This document shows positions 18,127 through 26,457 of a stretch of 26,919 nucleotides of DNA, piece by piece. A program made the translations under genes and the position numbers. Under the pieces are notes generated by a model, which was not told the DNA's origin, did no database searches, and was given only the letters and a program-made list of their open reading frames with translations. Origin of the DNA: Planctomycetota bacterium (GTDB lineage: Bacteria > Planctomycetota > SZUA-567 > H5-PLA8); contig JBBRPR010000089.1 of assembly GCA_038227875.1 (NCBI GenBank), forward strand, positions 1 to 26,919. Reading direction: 5' to 3'. Each line of letters starts with the position of its first letter. The stretch's first letter is position 1.

Positions 18127-18606
18127 ATGATGGTAACAGAAGTCAAAATCAAGCTCGTTGTCCGGACGGACGATAGACTGCTGGCCTTCGCCAGCATTAC
18201 GTTCGATCGTTGCTTCGTCGTACGGGACATAAAAATCATTCAGGGTGCCAGCGCGGTTTTCGTAGCGATGCCCAGCCGCAAGATGTCGGACCGATGTCCA
18301 AGTTGCAGTGCCAAGAACCATCTGCAAGCGCGCTTTTGCAATCATTGCGGACGCGAACAGAGTGGGAGAAATGTACGCCATGACCGCCACGGTCGAGCCG
18401 AGCTGCATGCCGACATCGTTCATCCGATCAATTTCGAATACAGGCAAGACATCCACAACGCCGTATTGAAAGGCTACGACGAAGAGTTGGAGCGCTCGCG
18501 TCAGCCCGGATACGTCCCTTCGACTCAAGATGGTTTGGACGCAGGACCGGAATGTAATGACGCGGCGACAAACATGCGGATGGTCGCGCAGTCGGATAGA
18601 AGATAG
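18127..18606 (+). CDS. spoVG: SpoVG-family nucleic-acid-binding protein with Zn-ribbon insert (copy 1)
   Basis: VTEVKI..LLAFASITFD.CFVVRDIKII.G...FVAMPSRK, CxxC..KNH..CNHCG and ADIVHPIN. Confidence 0.92.
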   Translation: MMVTEVKIKLVVRTDDRLLAFASITFDRCFVVRDIKIIQGASAVFVAMPSRKMSDRCPSCSAKNHLQARFCNHCGREQSGRNVRHDRHGRAELHADIVHPINFEYRQDIHNAVLKGYDEELERSRQPGYVPSTQDGLDAGPECNDAATNMRMVAQSDRR

Positions 18607-19531
18607 GGGTTGCGGATTCTGAAAACGCATATTGCAACCATAGAAGTTGTCAGGGATCGCGATCTGCCGTAGACAGTCAGCGGCTACGCGTTATGCGCTG
18701 AGCGGTCAGAAGGCCTCTGGAGAATTCGGACGTTCGTACAAAAGCAGATCCCACTCCCATCCCAGCGCTCCCTGCCTGTACATCGTCTTGGGGAGCAGGA
18801 CGCGAGCATTCGGTCGGCTAACCGACCGTCACGACGCCATTCAAATTGTCGTTTGGCCAGAAAATCTATTACCCAGAGAAAATTCGCAAGCGGGCTCCGA
18901 CCCGACCTGGCATACACAAGCCTATCCAGCGATGCACAACTCCTTTTGAATCTGCCAAAGCGGGGTCGGATAGATAAAACAACAATCGGCCTTGCGCGCT
19001 TCGGTAACCCAGAAATCTCCCATTCGTCAATTTGAATGGTCGCCCATGCATCCCTCCCCCGGGGGGTGGCAGTTCTGGTTCCCTGCCCCGGCAGCAGCGT
19101 TCCGCAGGCTTGATTCCCCGGTCCCCGGGGGGCCGCGCGGGGACGCGGACTGGGCGAACCATCCTGGCCGCCATGCCAACACGCCCCCAGGGGCCTGTGG
19201 AGGGCTCAGGGCGTCAACTTGCGACTATTTACGTGTTTGAGATCCTGCGCTCCACAGCGGACCGCAAATGCTCGTCGGGGTGCGCGGGCTGAAGCCCGCA
19301 GTCGCAGGTTCGATCGATCGACTCCAGCCCGCCGAGACCGCATGTCCTGAAACCAGCACCTGACGTTTGGATTACGGGAATACCTTCTGGAGGTCGGCGA
19401 CCCGGCCGTCGGGCCAGGTGACACGACAGTCCGTGGCAAGCCAGCATTCTTCGAGGTTGGAGTAGGCCAGGGCGACGCTCATGACGTCAGTCTACGACTT
19501 GGTTTACCAATCGCCAATTTTCGAGAGCGCT

Positions 19532-19575
19532 TCATTGGCCGAGAAGCTTTCACGGCCCCGGGGGCGCAGCGTCGC
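19532..19575. repeat. 44-bp dispersed direct repeat, copy A
   Basis: TCATTGGCCGAGAAGCTTTCACGGCCCCGGGGGCGCAGCGTCGC, 40/44 identical to 21100-21143. Confidence 0.88.
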
Positions 19576-19734
19576 CCGAAACGAAATGGCGACTGCGGTC
19601 TTCGAATTGCCTAACGCGAACGCAATGTTGATAGTACGGGGCTGCCACGCGTATACCAAATCATTGGCAATGACGCTCGCATATTATATGTTTTCATTAG
19701 ATTTGTTATTGAAATGACTTTGGAGACGCGTTGC

Positions 19735-20211
19735 ATGTTCGTCACTGAAGTGAAGATAAAGCTTGCCCCTCGAGCGGACGACAAGCTATTGGCCTTTGCG
19801 AGCATCACGATCGACCGTTGCTTCGTGGTGCGCGACATCAAGATTGTCCAAGGGCCCCGCGCGATCTTTATTGCGATGCCCAGCCGAAAAATCACTGATC
19901 ATTGCGCAGCCTGCGGCACCAAGAATCATTTGCATGCGTTCTTCTGCAATCACTGTGGGCTCAAGCTACGCCGCAGGGAGAAGCGACAGGACGAAACGGG
20001 CCGACTTAAGCTGCACGCGGATATCGCTCATCCGATCAACGTTCGATGCCGCCAAGCAGTCCATGACGCGATATTGAAAGGCTACGCGGAAGAACTGGAG
20101 CGCTCCCGCAAGCCCGGATATGCCCCGATTGGCCAAGACGATCTTGACGCGGGTCCGGAATATTCCGACGCTGGAACGCTGCCTTTTCGTGGAATTCCTT
20201 CGGTCGAATGA
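19735..20211 (+). CDS. spoVG: SpoVG-family protein with Zn-ribbon insert (copy 2)
   Basis: Same motifs as copy 1 and colinear with it over the full length. GGAG RBS before ATG 19735. Confidence 0.92.
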   Translation: MFVTEVKIKLAPRADDKLLAFASITIDRCFVVRDIKIVQGPRAIFIAMPSRKITDHCAACGTKNHLHAFFCNHCGLKLRRREKRQDETGRLKLHADIAHPINVRCRQAVHDAILKGYAEELERSRKPGYAPIGQDDLDAGPEYSDAGTLPFRGIPSVE

Positions 20212-20242
20212 AGGCACCCGCCACAAGAATCGCGATGCGAGG

Positions 20243-20446
20243 TCAGGCGTCGCCCATCGGGTCTTCAAGGTAAGCCAAATACGCGGCTTTGACATCGATC
20301 ATTCTAAAAACAAGCTCTCCTTGGAAGGTGCGGCATTCCATGAGCCGAGCTGAAAGCACCCACCGCTCCACGCAGTCCCTCGGGACATTGCACATCTGCG
20401 CCACCTGGTGAATATCCAGCAATACTTCGGGTTTGGGAGAATTCAT
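20243..20446 (-). CDS. Small excisionase/MerR-like helix-turn-helix protein
   Basis: LLDIHQVAQMCNVPRDCVERWV..L......G...FR..DV pattern, 67 aa. Confidence 0.7.
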   Translation of the reverse strand: MNSPKPEVLLDIHQVAQMCNVPRDCVERWVLSARLMECRTFQGELVFRMIDVKAAYLAYLEDPMGDA

Positions 20447-20485
20447 GCTTGCATCGCCCCGTCGTCGCTGAATCAGACCGCTCCC

Positions 20486-20926
20486 TCAATTGTTCGATTG
20501 GAGCCCTAGCCGATTTGGGGCCTTATGGCCGACCGCGTGGGAGATTTGCGTCCCGCCCGCGGTGAAACGCGGGCAAACGGTGACGAGGCGCAGCAGGCGC
20601 GTGGGATCGAACGGCTTCATCAAGTAAAAACGGATGCCCAACGCGCGGGCAATCACCGGGGCCTCGAGCCGTGTCGACATGAAAATCATGTCCGGGTGCG
20701 GCTCAAGCGACCGTGCGTGGGCGATGAAGTCCTTGACCGTGGGGCCGAACGTTGCATCGTCGAAGAGGACGACATCCGGGAAGAGCTCAAGCCCGGCAAA
20801 CGCGGCATCAGGGTCGCCGACGACATTGGCGTGGTAGCCCTCGGTGTTGAGCGTGATCTCCAGCAACGTCCGCGTGCGCGGATCGCTGTCCACCGCGAGG
20901 ATCGTCCGACCGACAGGGTAGTGCAT
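20486..20926 (-). CDS. Single-domain response regulator (receiver, CheY-like)
   Basis: ILAVDSD, PDVVLFD, MIFMST and YLMKPFD motifs. Likely start at MHYPVG (20926). Confidence 0.82.
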   Translation of the reverse strand: MHYPVGRTILAVDSDPRTRTLLEITLNTEGYHANVVGDPDAAFAGLELFPDVVLFDDATFGPTVKDFIAHARSLEPHPDMIFMSTRLEAPVIARALGIRFYLMKPFDPTRLLRLVTVCPRFTAGGTQISHAVGHKAPNRLGLQSNN

Positions 20927-21099
20927 GAAATGGCCATCCCAAAAGCTTGCCGTCATCTGTAAACTTGAAAGTAGATGTAAGCATACGCGAACTGGTAAAG
21001 AATCAATTAGGATCCCGCTAGATTGCGATAAATTTTTGCACACGTGAAGTAGAGTTTCCGAACGGCAATTCCGTGCCTCGGTGCTTGTTCCAGGCGACG

Positions 21100-21143
21100 T
21101 CATTTGCCGAGACGCTTTCACGGTCCCGGGGGCGCGGCGTCGC
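21100..21143. repeat. 44-bp dispersed direct repeat, copy B
   Basis: TCATTTGCCGAGACGCTTTCACGGTCCCGGGGGCGCGGCGTCGC. Confidence 0.88.
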
Positions 21144-21352
21144 GCGGGCATGGCCGTTCGAAGTTCCGGGACCGGGTCGCTGCGCGCCCCATCCTAGCGG
21201 TAGTCGCCCAGCAGCGAGTCGGCCTTCTGCGCTGCGGCCACGTCCCGGGATAGCGCTGGATCAATTGCTGGCAGCTCGCGACGACCGTCGCGATGTCCTC
21301 CGCGTTCAATTTCCGGAAGGCGGGCGCCTGCGGGTCCTTTTTGCCCGCGACC

Positions 21353-21481
21353 TCAGGCGTAGCGGCGGTACAGGAAGAACGCCAGCGCGGCCAGCATCAG
21401 CGCGAGCAGGAAATTCCAGACGAACCGCCGTCGGCCTTTGCGCTTGATCGTGATTTCGATCCTGGAGAATGAGTTGGCCAT
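21353..21481 (-). CDS. 42-aa single-pass membrane small protein (not in the ORF track)
   Basis: MANSFSRIEITIKRKGRRRFVWNFLLALMLAALAFFLYRRYA: a basic patch, an ~19-aa hydrophobic helix and a basic tail, with GC3-rich codons. Confidence 0.6.
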   Translation of the reverse strand: MANSFSRIEITIKRKGRRRFVWNFLLALMLAALAFFLYRRYA

Positions 21482-21595
21482 GGCGCTCGAATCCGCGGGG
21501 CAATGCCTATTTCTGCATATTTACCGGCTCTTCATAAGACCCTTACCTGTCCACTCTATCGTATTTACGAGAGAAATCCATGCGGAGGGTCTGGC

Positions 21596-21799
21596 ATGCT
21601 GTCCAAACTTCAACGTCACGCGGCGATCGCGCTTGCGGGTCTGGCCGCCGCCGATCGGGAACGAGTGGTTCGACGGGGCTACCTCGTGGTCAATGTCGAC
21701 CGCGGCGCGGAGACTGGCGTTTGGACGCCCGTGAACCTGGACCCCGACGTCATCAAGGCGGCAGATGCGCTCGCTATGGCTGGGGCCGTTCGAGACTGA
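21596..21799 (+). CDS. Small hypothetical protein (67 aa)
   Basis: GGAGG RBS before ATG 21596 and coding-like codon usage. Confidence 0.55.
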   Translation: MLSKLQRHAAIALAGLAAADRERVVRRGYLVVNVDRGAETGVWTPVNLDPDVIKAADALAMAGAVRD

Positions 21800-21895
21800 A
21801 TGGACGGAATCGCCGCTGAGCGACGGAATCAGTACGCGGTATGAACTTACTTCCGACCTTCTGCTCAGCCATACGGCCGACGAGACAACTCCGAG

Positions 21896-22192
21896 TCAGA
21901 TCCCTGCCGAAGGCGCGCTTTCGCCTACCTTCTTCTTCATCAGCCTTCCGGCGCTGAAACGGACGACTTGCTTACTCGGTACGTCCACCGCCTCCCTTGT
22001 CTTGGGATTTCGGGCTTTCCTCGCCTTTAGAATGCGTACTTCGAAGACCCCGAAGTCTCGCAGTTCCAAACGTCCCTCAGACACCAGAACGTCCACGATG
22101 CCATCGAGGGTCAATTGGACGACCTGCTTCACCGCGATCTGTTCTATGCCCGTCTTCGCGGCGATGGATGAGATCAACTCGTACTTTGTCAT
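21896..22192 (-). CDS. HU/IHF-family DNA-binding protein
   Basis: MTKYELISSIAAKTG...GRLELRDFGVFEVR...RKARNPKT...V.VP...VRF..G. Confidence 0.95.
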   Translation of the reverse strand: MTKYELISSIAAKTGIEQIAVKQVVQLTLDGIVDVLVSEGRLELRDFGVFEVRILKARKARNPKTREAVDVPSKQVVRFSAGRLMKKKVGESAPSAGI

Positions 22193-22222
22193 GGTTGCAA
22201 CGTTCCGGCCATTCGTCCACCG

Positions 22223-22663
22223 CTACAAAGTTTTCAGCTCTTCGACAGTCTGCTCCAGCGCTTTCACCGCCGCGCCGATTTTCGCCCCAACCTGCTGCTC
22301 TACCATGCGGCTGACGATTGCTTCGATGCCGTCCAGCCCCGCGACGTTCATCGCAGTGGCAGCGCCCTTCGGCCTGCCCGGCCCCTTCTTGACGGCGTTC
22401 TTGCTACCCTTGGGCCGTCCGGCTTTCTTCTTGGCCGCAACGGGTGCTTCCGCCTTACCAGGCGCTGCTGGCTTGACCGCCTTACTCGACTTCTGTTGCT
22501 TCTTGCCACCGGCGAACTTCATAAGGTACTGCAACTGGCCCTTGTAGCCCGCGTCCTTGGCTGCTTTGAGCGCATCGGGCCATGAGCCGGTCTTGCGAGC
22601 GGTCTTGACGGCCTCGATGATTGCGGACTTCTGTTCGTCGGTATAGGGGCTCGTGCGGGGCAT
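22223..22663 (-). CDS. Basic protein with two AT-hook motifs and a C-terminal coiled coil; candidate nucleoid-associated protein
   Basis: KKKAGRPKGSKN and KKGPGRPKG motifs, Lys/Ala-rich, AGGAG RBS, 30 nt upstream of the HU gene. Confidence 0.75.
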   Translation of the reverse strand: MPRTSPYTDEQKSAIIEAVKTARKTGSWPDALKAAKDAGYKGQLQYLMKFAGGKKQQKSSKAVKPAAPGKAEAPVAAKKKAGRPKGSKNAVKKGPGRPKGAATAMNVAGLDGIEAIVSRMVEQQVGAKIGAAVKALEQTVEELKTL

Positions 22664-22979
22664 GGGCGAGAGGTCTCCTGTTTGGGTTGAAGGTCAGGAG
22701 TTTATCGAATTGTGTACGAATTACAAAGGAGCGAAAACCAAGGCGAGTCCCCGAAGCGCCGAAAGCCGGCCAGAGGTTTAGCCGTGGACTGGGCCTGGGC
22801 AAAAGTTAACAATTTAACGTTTGGTACTTTCCTTAAAGTACTGATGGCGTCTACCCGTACCAAATCCGTTCAAGATCATTCCTGTGCCGAGCCGGTCAAA
22901 CGTCACCTTGGCCCGATGATCATGTCGAATTCGTCAATTGATCGCCCAAAGGAGCAGTCCAAGCACGTTGACCGAAGTG

Positions 22980-23415
22980 TCAAAATTTAGAGGACGGAAT
23001 TGGGGGCGAGTGGACTTCTCCTCGTGCTCCCAATTCGTTTAGCCGCTGTAATGTCATTGAAGCCGGAACGACACGGAGAGGATTCTGGTCGCCATCCAGA
23101 AACCCAACTATGCCAACGAGCGACTCTCCGAGTCTGTAAATAGCGCGCATTTTGAACATCCCGCCCTCAACCATAAAATCGGTATAGCCCGGTATAGCCC
23201 CATAGTTCCCCGTGAACAAGGGGATCCTCTGGCCTGACGTACTGCGGTGCCGACGGTAGAAGAGCAAGCACTTCATCAGGCGAGTTCGGTCCTCTGACGT
23301 ACTCCAGTGGAATCAGGATTTCAATGATTCCATCTTTGCAAACCCGCGTTGAGGACTGCCCCATCCGGAAAGTACAATTCTCATTTTTCGTCGAGCAATG
23401 TTTCTTGTTTTTCAT
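22980..23415 (-). pseudogene. Hypothetical ~141-aa gene split by a 10-bp tandem duplication
   Basis: CGGTATAGCC occurs twice at 23180-23199. Removing one copy fuses ORFs 23167-23415 and 22980-23276 (…GELWGYTDFMVEGG…), giving 426 nt. Confidence 0.55.
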
Positions 23416-23613
23416 CTTTCTAGGCTCCTGTAATTTGTTTGAGTCAATTCACTCCAGACCATGCATGTTGCAACACTGTCTCTGCTTAGGTTGCGTTTCA
23501 ACCATGGTATGTTTGCGACGGTTCTTGGTCGGTTGGCCGACCAACCAAACCAATCCCAATTCTGGTTTCGGCAGGCTCGTATACAGCGCACTGCTTGCTA
23601 GTGCGCCAGTCCT

Positions 23614-24009
23614 TCAGCGGGACGTGCATCTTCCCTCGCTGATCGAGTACTCGTCCCAGACGACGGTCTCGGGGGCGTGCGCCAGCTCCTCGGCGTGCCC
23701 GTCCACATCGATGCAGCGCAACGCAAACGTCAGTCGAAACTTCAAAGACGCGGCCAAGATGAGCCTTCCGATGTGGCCGCCGCCGGAAGAAACAACCAGC
23801 CGATCGAGATCGGGCTCCCACACGAGGAGTCGATGCAAGCGGACGTGACACCTCGCCTCTGCGGCAGCATTCAATTGGTCGAAGCCGCCATACCCGGTAA
23901 GAACGCTCTCGCCGGGAAAGGGGATGTTGTTGCCGTAAACAAACTGGACGAATCGCAGAATCTCGGCGGGTTCGCCCGTCATTGTCACGAGGGTTTCAAA
24001 ATTATTCAT
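23614..24009 (-). CDS. Hypothetical protein (131 aa)
   Basis: Translationally coupled (ATGA overlap) to the upstream acidic ORF. No family recognised with confidence. Confidence 0.6.
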   Translation of the reverse strand: MNNFETLVTMTGEPAEILRFVQFVYGNNIPFPGESVLTGYGGFDQLNAAAEARCHVRLHRLLVWEPDLDRLVVSSGGGHIGRLILAASLKFRLTFALRCIDVDGHAEELAHAPETVVWDEYSISEGRCTSR

Positions 24010-24248
24010 GGCATTAGGCCCTTCTCTGCGCGTTCTTCCTTGAGCCTCTCCTGTTCAGCGAAGCCGCTCAGAAATTCCAACTCCTCCTCGGCGGCGATGA
24101 TGTCGATCCAGCGCTGCTCCTCCTCGCTGATTTCGTCGGGCAAATCGTCCTGGTCTGGGTGCCTCCCGCCCGGACGACACATCAGGAACGCATCGGGGTC
24201 TTGCTGGTACCAGTACGAGTCCTCATGCGCCGTGGTCCATTCATACAT
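24006..24248 (-). CDS. Small highly acidic protein (80 aa)
   Basis: AGGAG RBS before ATG 24248. About 23 Asp/Glu versus 7 Lys/Arg. Confidence 0.68.
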   Translation of the reverse strand: MYEWTTAHEDSYWYQQDPDAFLMCRPGGRHPDQDDLPDEISEEEQRWIDIIAAEEELEFLSGFAEQERLKEERAEKGLMP

Positions 24249-24711
24249 GCTCGAACTCCTGTCATTGCCGCGCCGCGGGGGGCGCGCCCCCTGAAAACCG
24301 GACATCGGGCTAGGAGTGGCTCAAGGGGCGCGCCTGCGGCCATTACGGCCTGCTTGGTTGTTGTCGTGGGAATCAGCCCGATGTCCTCGACCCACTGGAT
24401 TATACAGAACATTGGACGCCGCCGTTTCGGGGGGCGAGGAAGGCGTCTCAGGTCGTGCGCCGCCTTGACGAAAGACAGCCAGTGCCCATGGATGCGCAGG
24501 TTGCGGAGTGAAGCCTGCGCAGTGGCGCACGACTTCTTTGTGCCTGGAAGCTGGAGCACCGCGAGCAACTACGGCTGTGCTTCGGCAAGATTCTGGACAG
24601 CAACGGCGTGGAGGGGAGCATCGTCACATTATTGCTCGTAAGAGAAACGGTTCGGTCGCATCGTATCTCGGAAGGGTGCCTCGACGCGAGGCAGCCGTGG
24701 CATCACCGTGT

Positions 24712-26177
24712 TCAGGCCGCCCTGAAGCGTTCAAACAATTCTGGATCCTCGATCGCAAGATGCTTCAATTGCGCCGCGAGCATTGTCAATGCTTTGTGGT
24801 ATTGCGCGCTCAGGTGATCCGACGAATATTCGTGGCCGAATTCGTGGATTAGCAGATCGTCCTGCTCTATTGAGCCGACGTCATCAAACCACGCACGCCC
24901 AAGACAGCCCACTTCAAACGTGAGTTCTCGTGCGCCGTAACACGCCGCGAACTGTCGATTGGCCCGGGTGAATCGCACCGTGATGTCCACGCCCATCAGG
25001 CGTCGCGCAAGAGTTGTTGCGTACTCCGCCGTGCGTTTCATGCCATCGGTCCATTCGCTTTCGGGGAGCAGTTCCTCGGGAATTGCGTTCGGGTCTCGCG
25101 AGTATGGCTTCGGTGACGGAGTCACTTTGCCCGCTGAAGTGATCGCGGCTGCCCTTCGCATCTGTTCCCATTCGCCGGCGGAGCATTGTGAACCCGTGAC
25201 AACCGTGTAGCCCTTGGAAAAGGCGAGGGAATTCGCCTCTGGGTCCGACGGATCATAGGAAACGCGACGTTCGCCGAACCTCTTATCAGCCATGGTCCGA
25301 ATGGCATCGTCCGACGCATGCTTGTCGCCGGCGGCTTCCCGAGCCCAGGGTTGGTTCGCGTCGTCCTGCGTGAGCCTTGTGAATGTGGCGTTCAAGGCAA
25401 GGACGCGAAGTAGGCGCAGAAATGCCGGCGGAACATTGTCGCGCTCAAAGCCCAGCGGCACCTTCTGCTGTACGTCGTAGTGGAATTTATCCCCGGTCTC
25501 CACAACGGGAACGCCCAACTCGTATACGCATCCCTGCTCGCCGGGAAGCGGCTCGTGGATGTTCACACGTGTTTTTCTAAACACCCGCCGGAGTACGCCG
25601 GACTCGTCGGCGATTTCCGTTTGAAGGGAATCCTCAAAGGACGCGATGGCTATGCGCGGCACCACGAGTTTGCCGTTAAAGGTGGCCTTTATTCCGCTGG
25701 GGACGATCAGTCTGGCCGCCGCGTCGCACATTTCGTGGTACTGGTCCCGGGTCGCGCGCAATACACCGGCGAAGAGGCTGCCCTGCGGCCGTCTCTCTCT
25801 TAGGCTGTGGCGGCCGGAGTCGTCGAATCGCACGCCGCCTGAGGTTGTGATCACGCGTGCCTCGTCGCACAGGGCGATCACCATTTTTTCACCCAGGTTG
25901 AATCGGCCGCGGAGCAAGGGATCGCCCTTTTTCCCGGACTCGGCAAAGAGCGTCCATGCGTGGCTGAGTTGGGCGAATCCGTCCGGCGAATCGTCCTCGA
26001 TCTCGACGCGAACCTTTGGCTGGCCCGCCACCGGCTCCAGCTTGATGGCGACGTTCGCAACCCCCTCCGCGTCCATGGCATTCTGCCAAAGTTAAGTTCG
26101 AAGATCACGTACGAAAGGCCGCGCCGCTCAAGCAGTTTCGCCAGGCCCTTTTTGTCTACCGAGAATAGCTCCGACAT
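24712..26177 (-). pseudogene. GHKL (HATPase-like) ATPase fused to a C-terminal HExxH zincin-like domain, frameshifted by a 5-bp duplication
   Basis: AGGAGG RBS and ATG 26177 (MSELFSVDKKGLAKLL). AAGTT is duplicated at 26089-26098, and removing one copy restores the N-box ELWQNAMD. Then IEDDSPDGF, RGRFNLG and C-terminal LLIHEFGHEYSSDH. Confidence 0.82.
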
Positions 26178-26457
26178 GTGCGCCTCCTGTTTATCAAGTC
26201 TTTCAATGGCAGTCCGTCCTACTTTCTCGTCGGGCTTGCCCCACTTTCGCTTGTAGTCCCGCGCCAGCCTCTCCCAACTCGGCGTCTTAACGTGCCTGTC
26301 CAGGCCCAGCAATTCGTCCCGAGGATCGACCTTTGGCTTCACTGGGATCGGAGGCAGCGGCGGCCCAGCAGTGCGCCGATGCTCCTCGCCTCCTTCCCAG
26401 CCGCGACAAGTGCGCGATCTGCCACCCACTCGAGGCGCTCTGTTTCCACTTGGCGCC

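Noticed and set aside
19270..19335. tRNA-like look (hairpin followed by GGTTCGATC)
   Set aside because: The hairpin loop is only 4 nt, and there is no T-stem, acceptor stem or CCA. It fits a REP-like GGGCTGAAGCCC palindrome better.
21765..22547. 260-aa plus-strand ORF (also 18025-18630 minus and 23677-24294 plus)
   Set aside because: These are antisense shadows of the HU/AT-hook, spoVG and small minus-strand genes.
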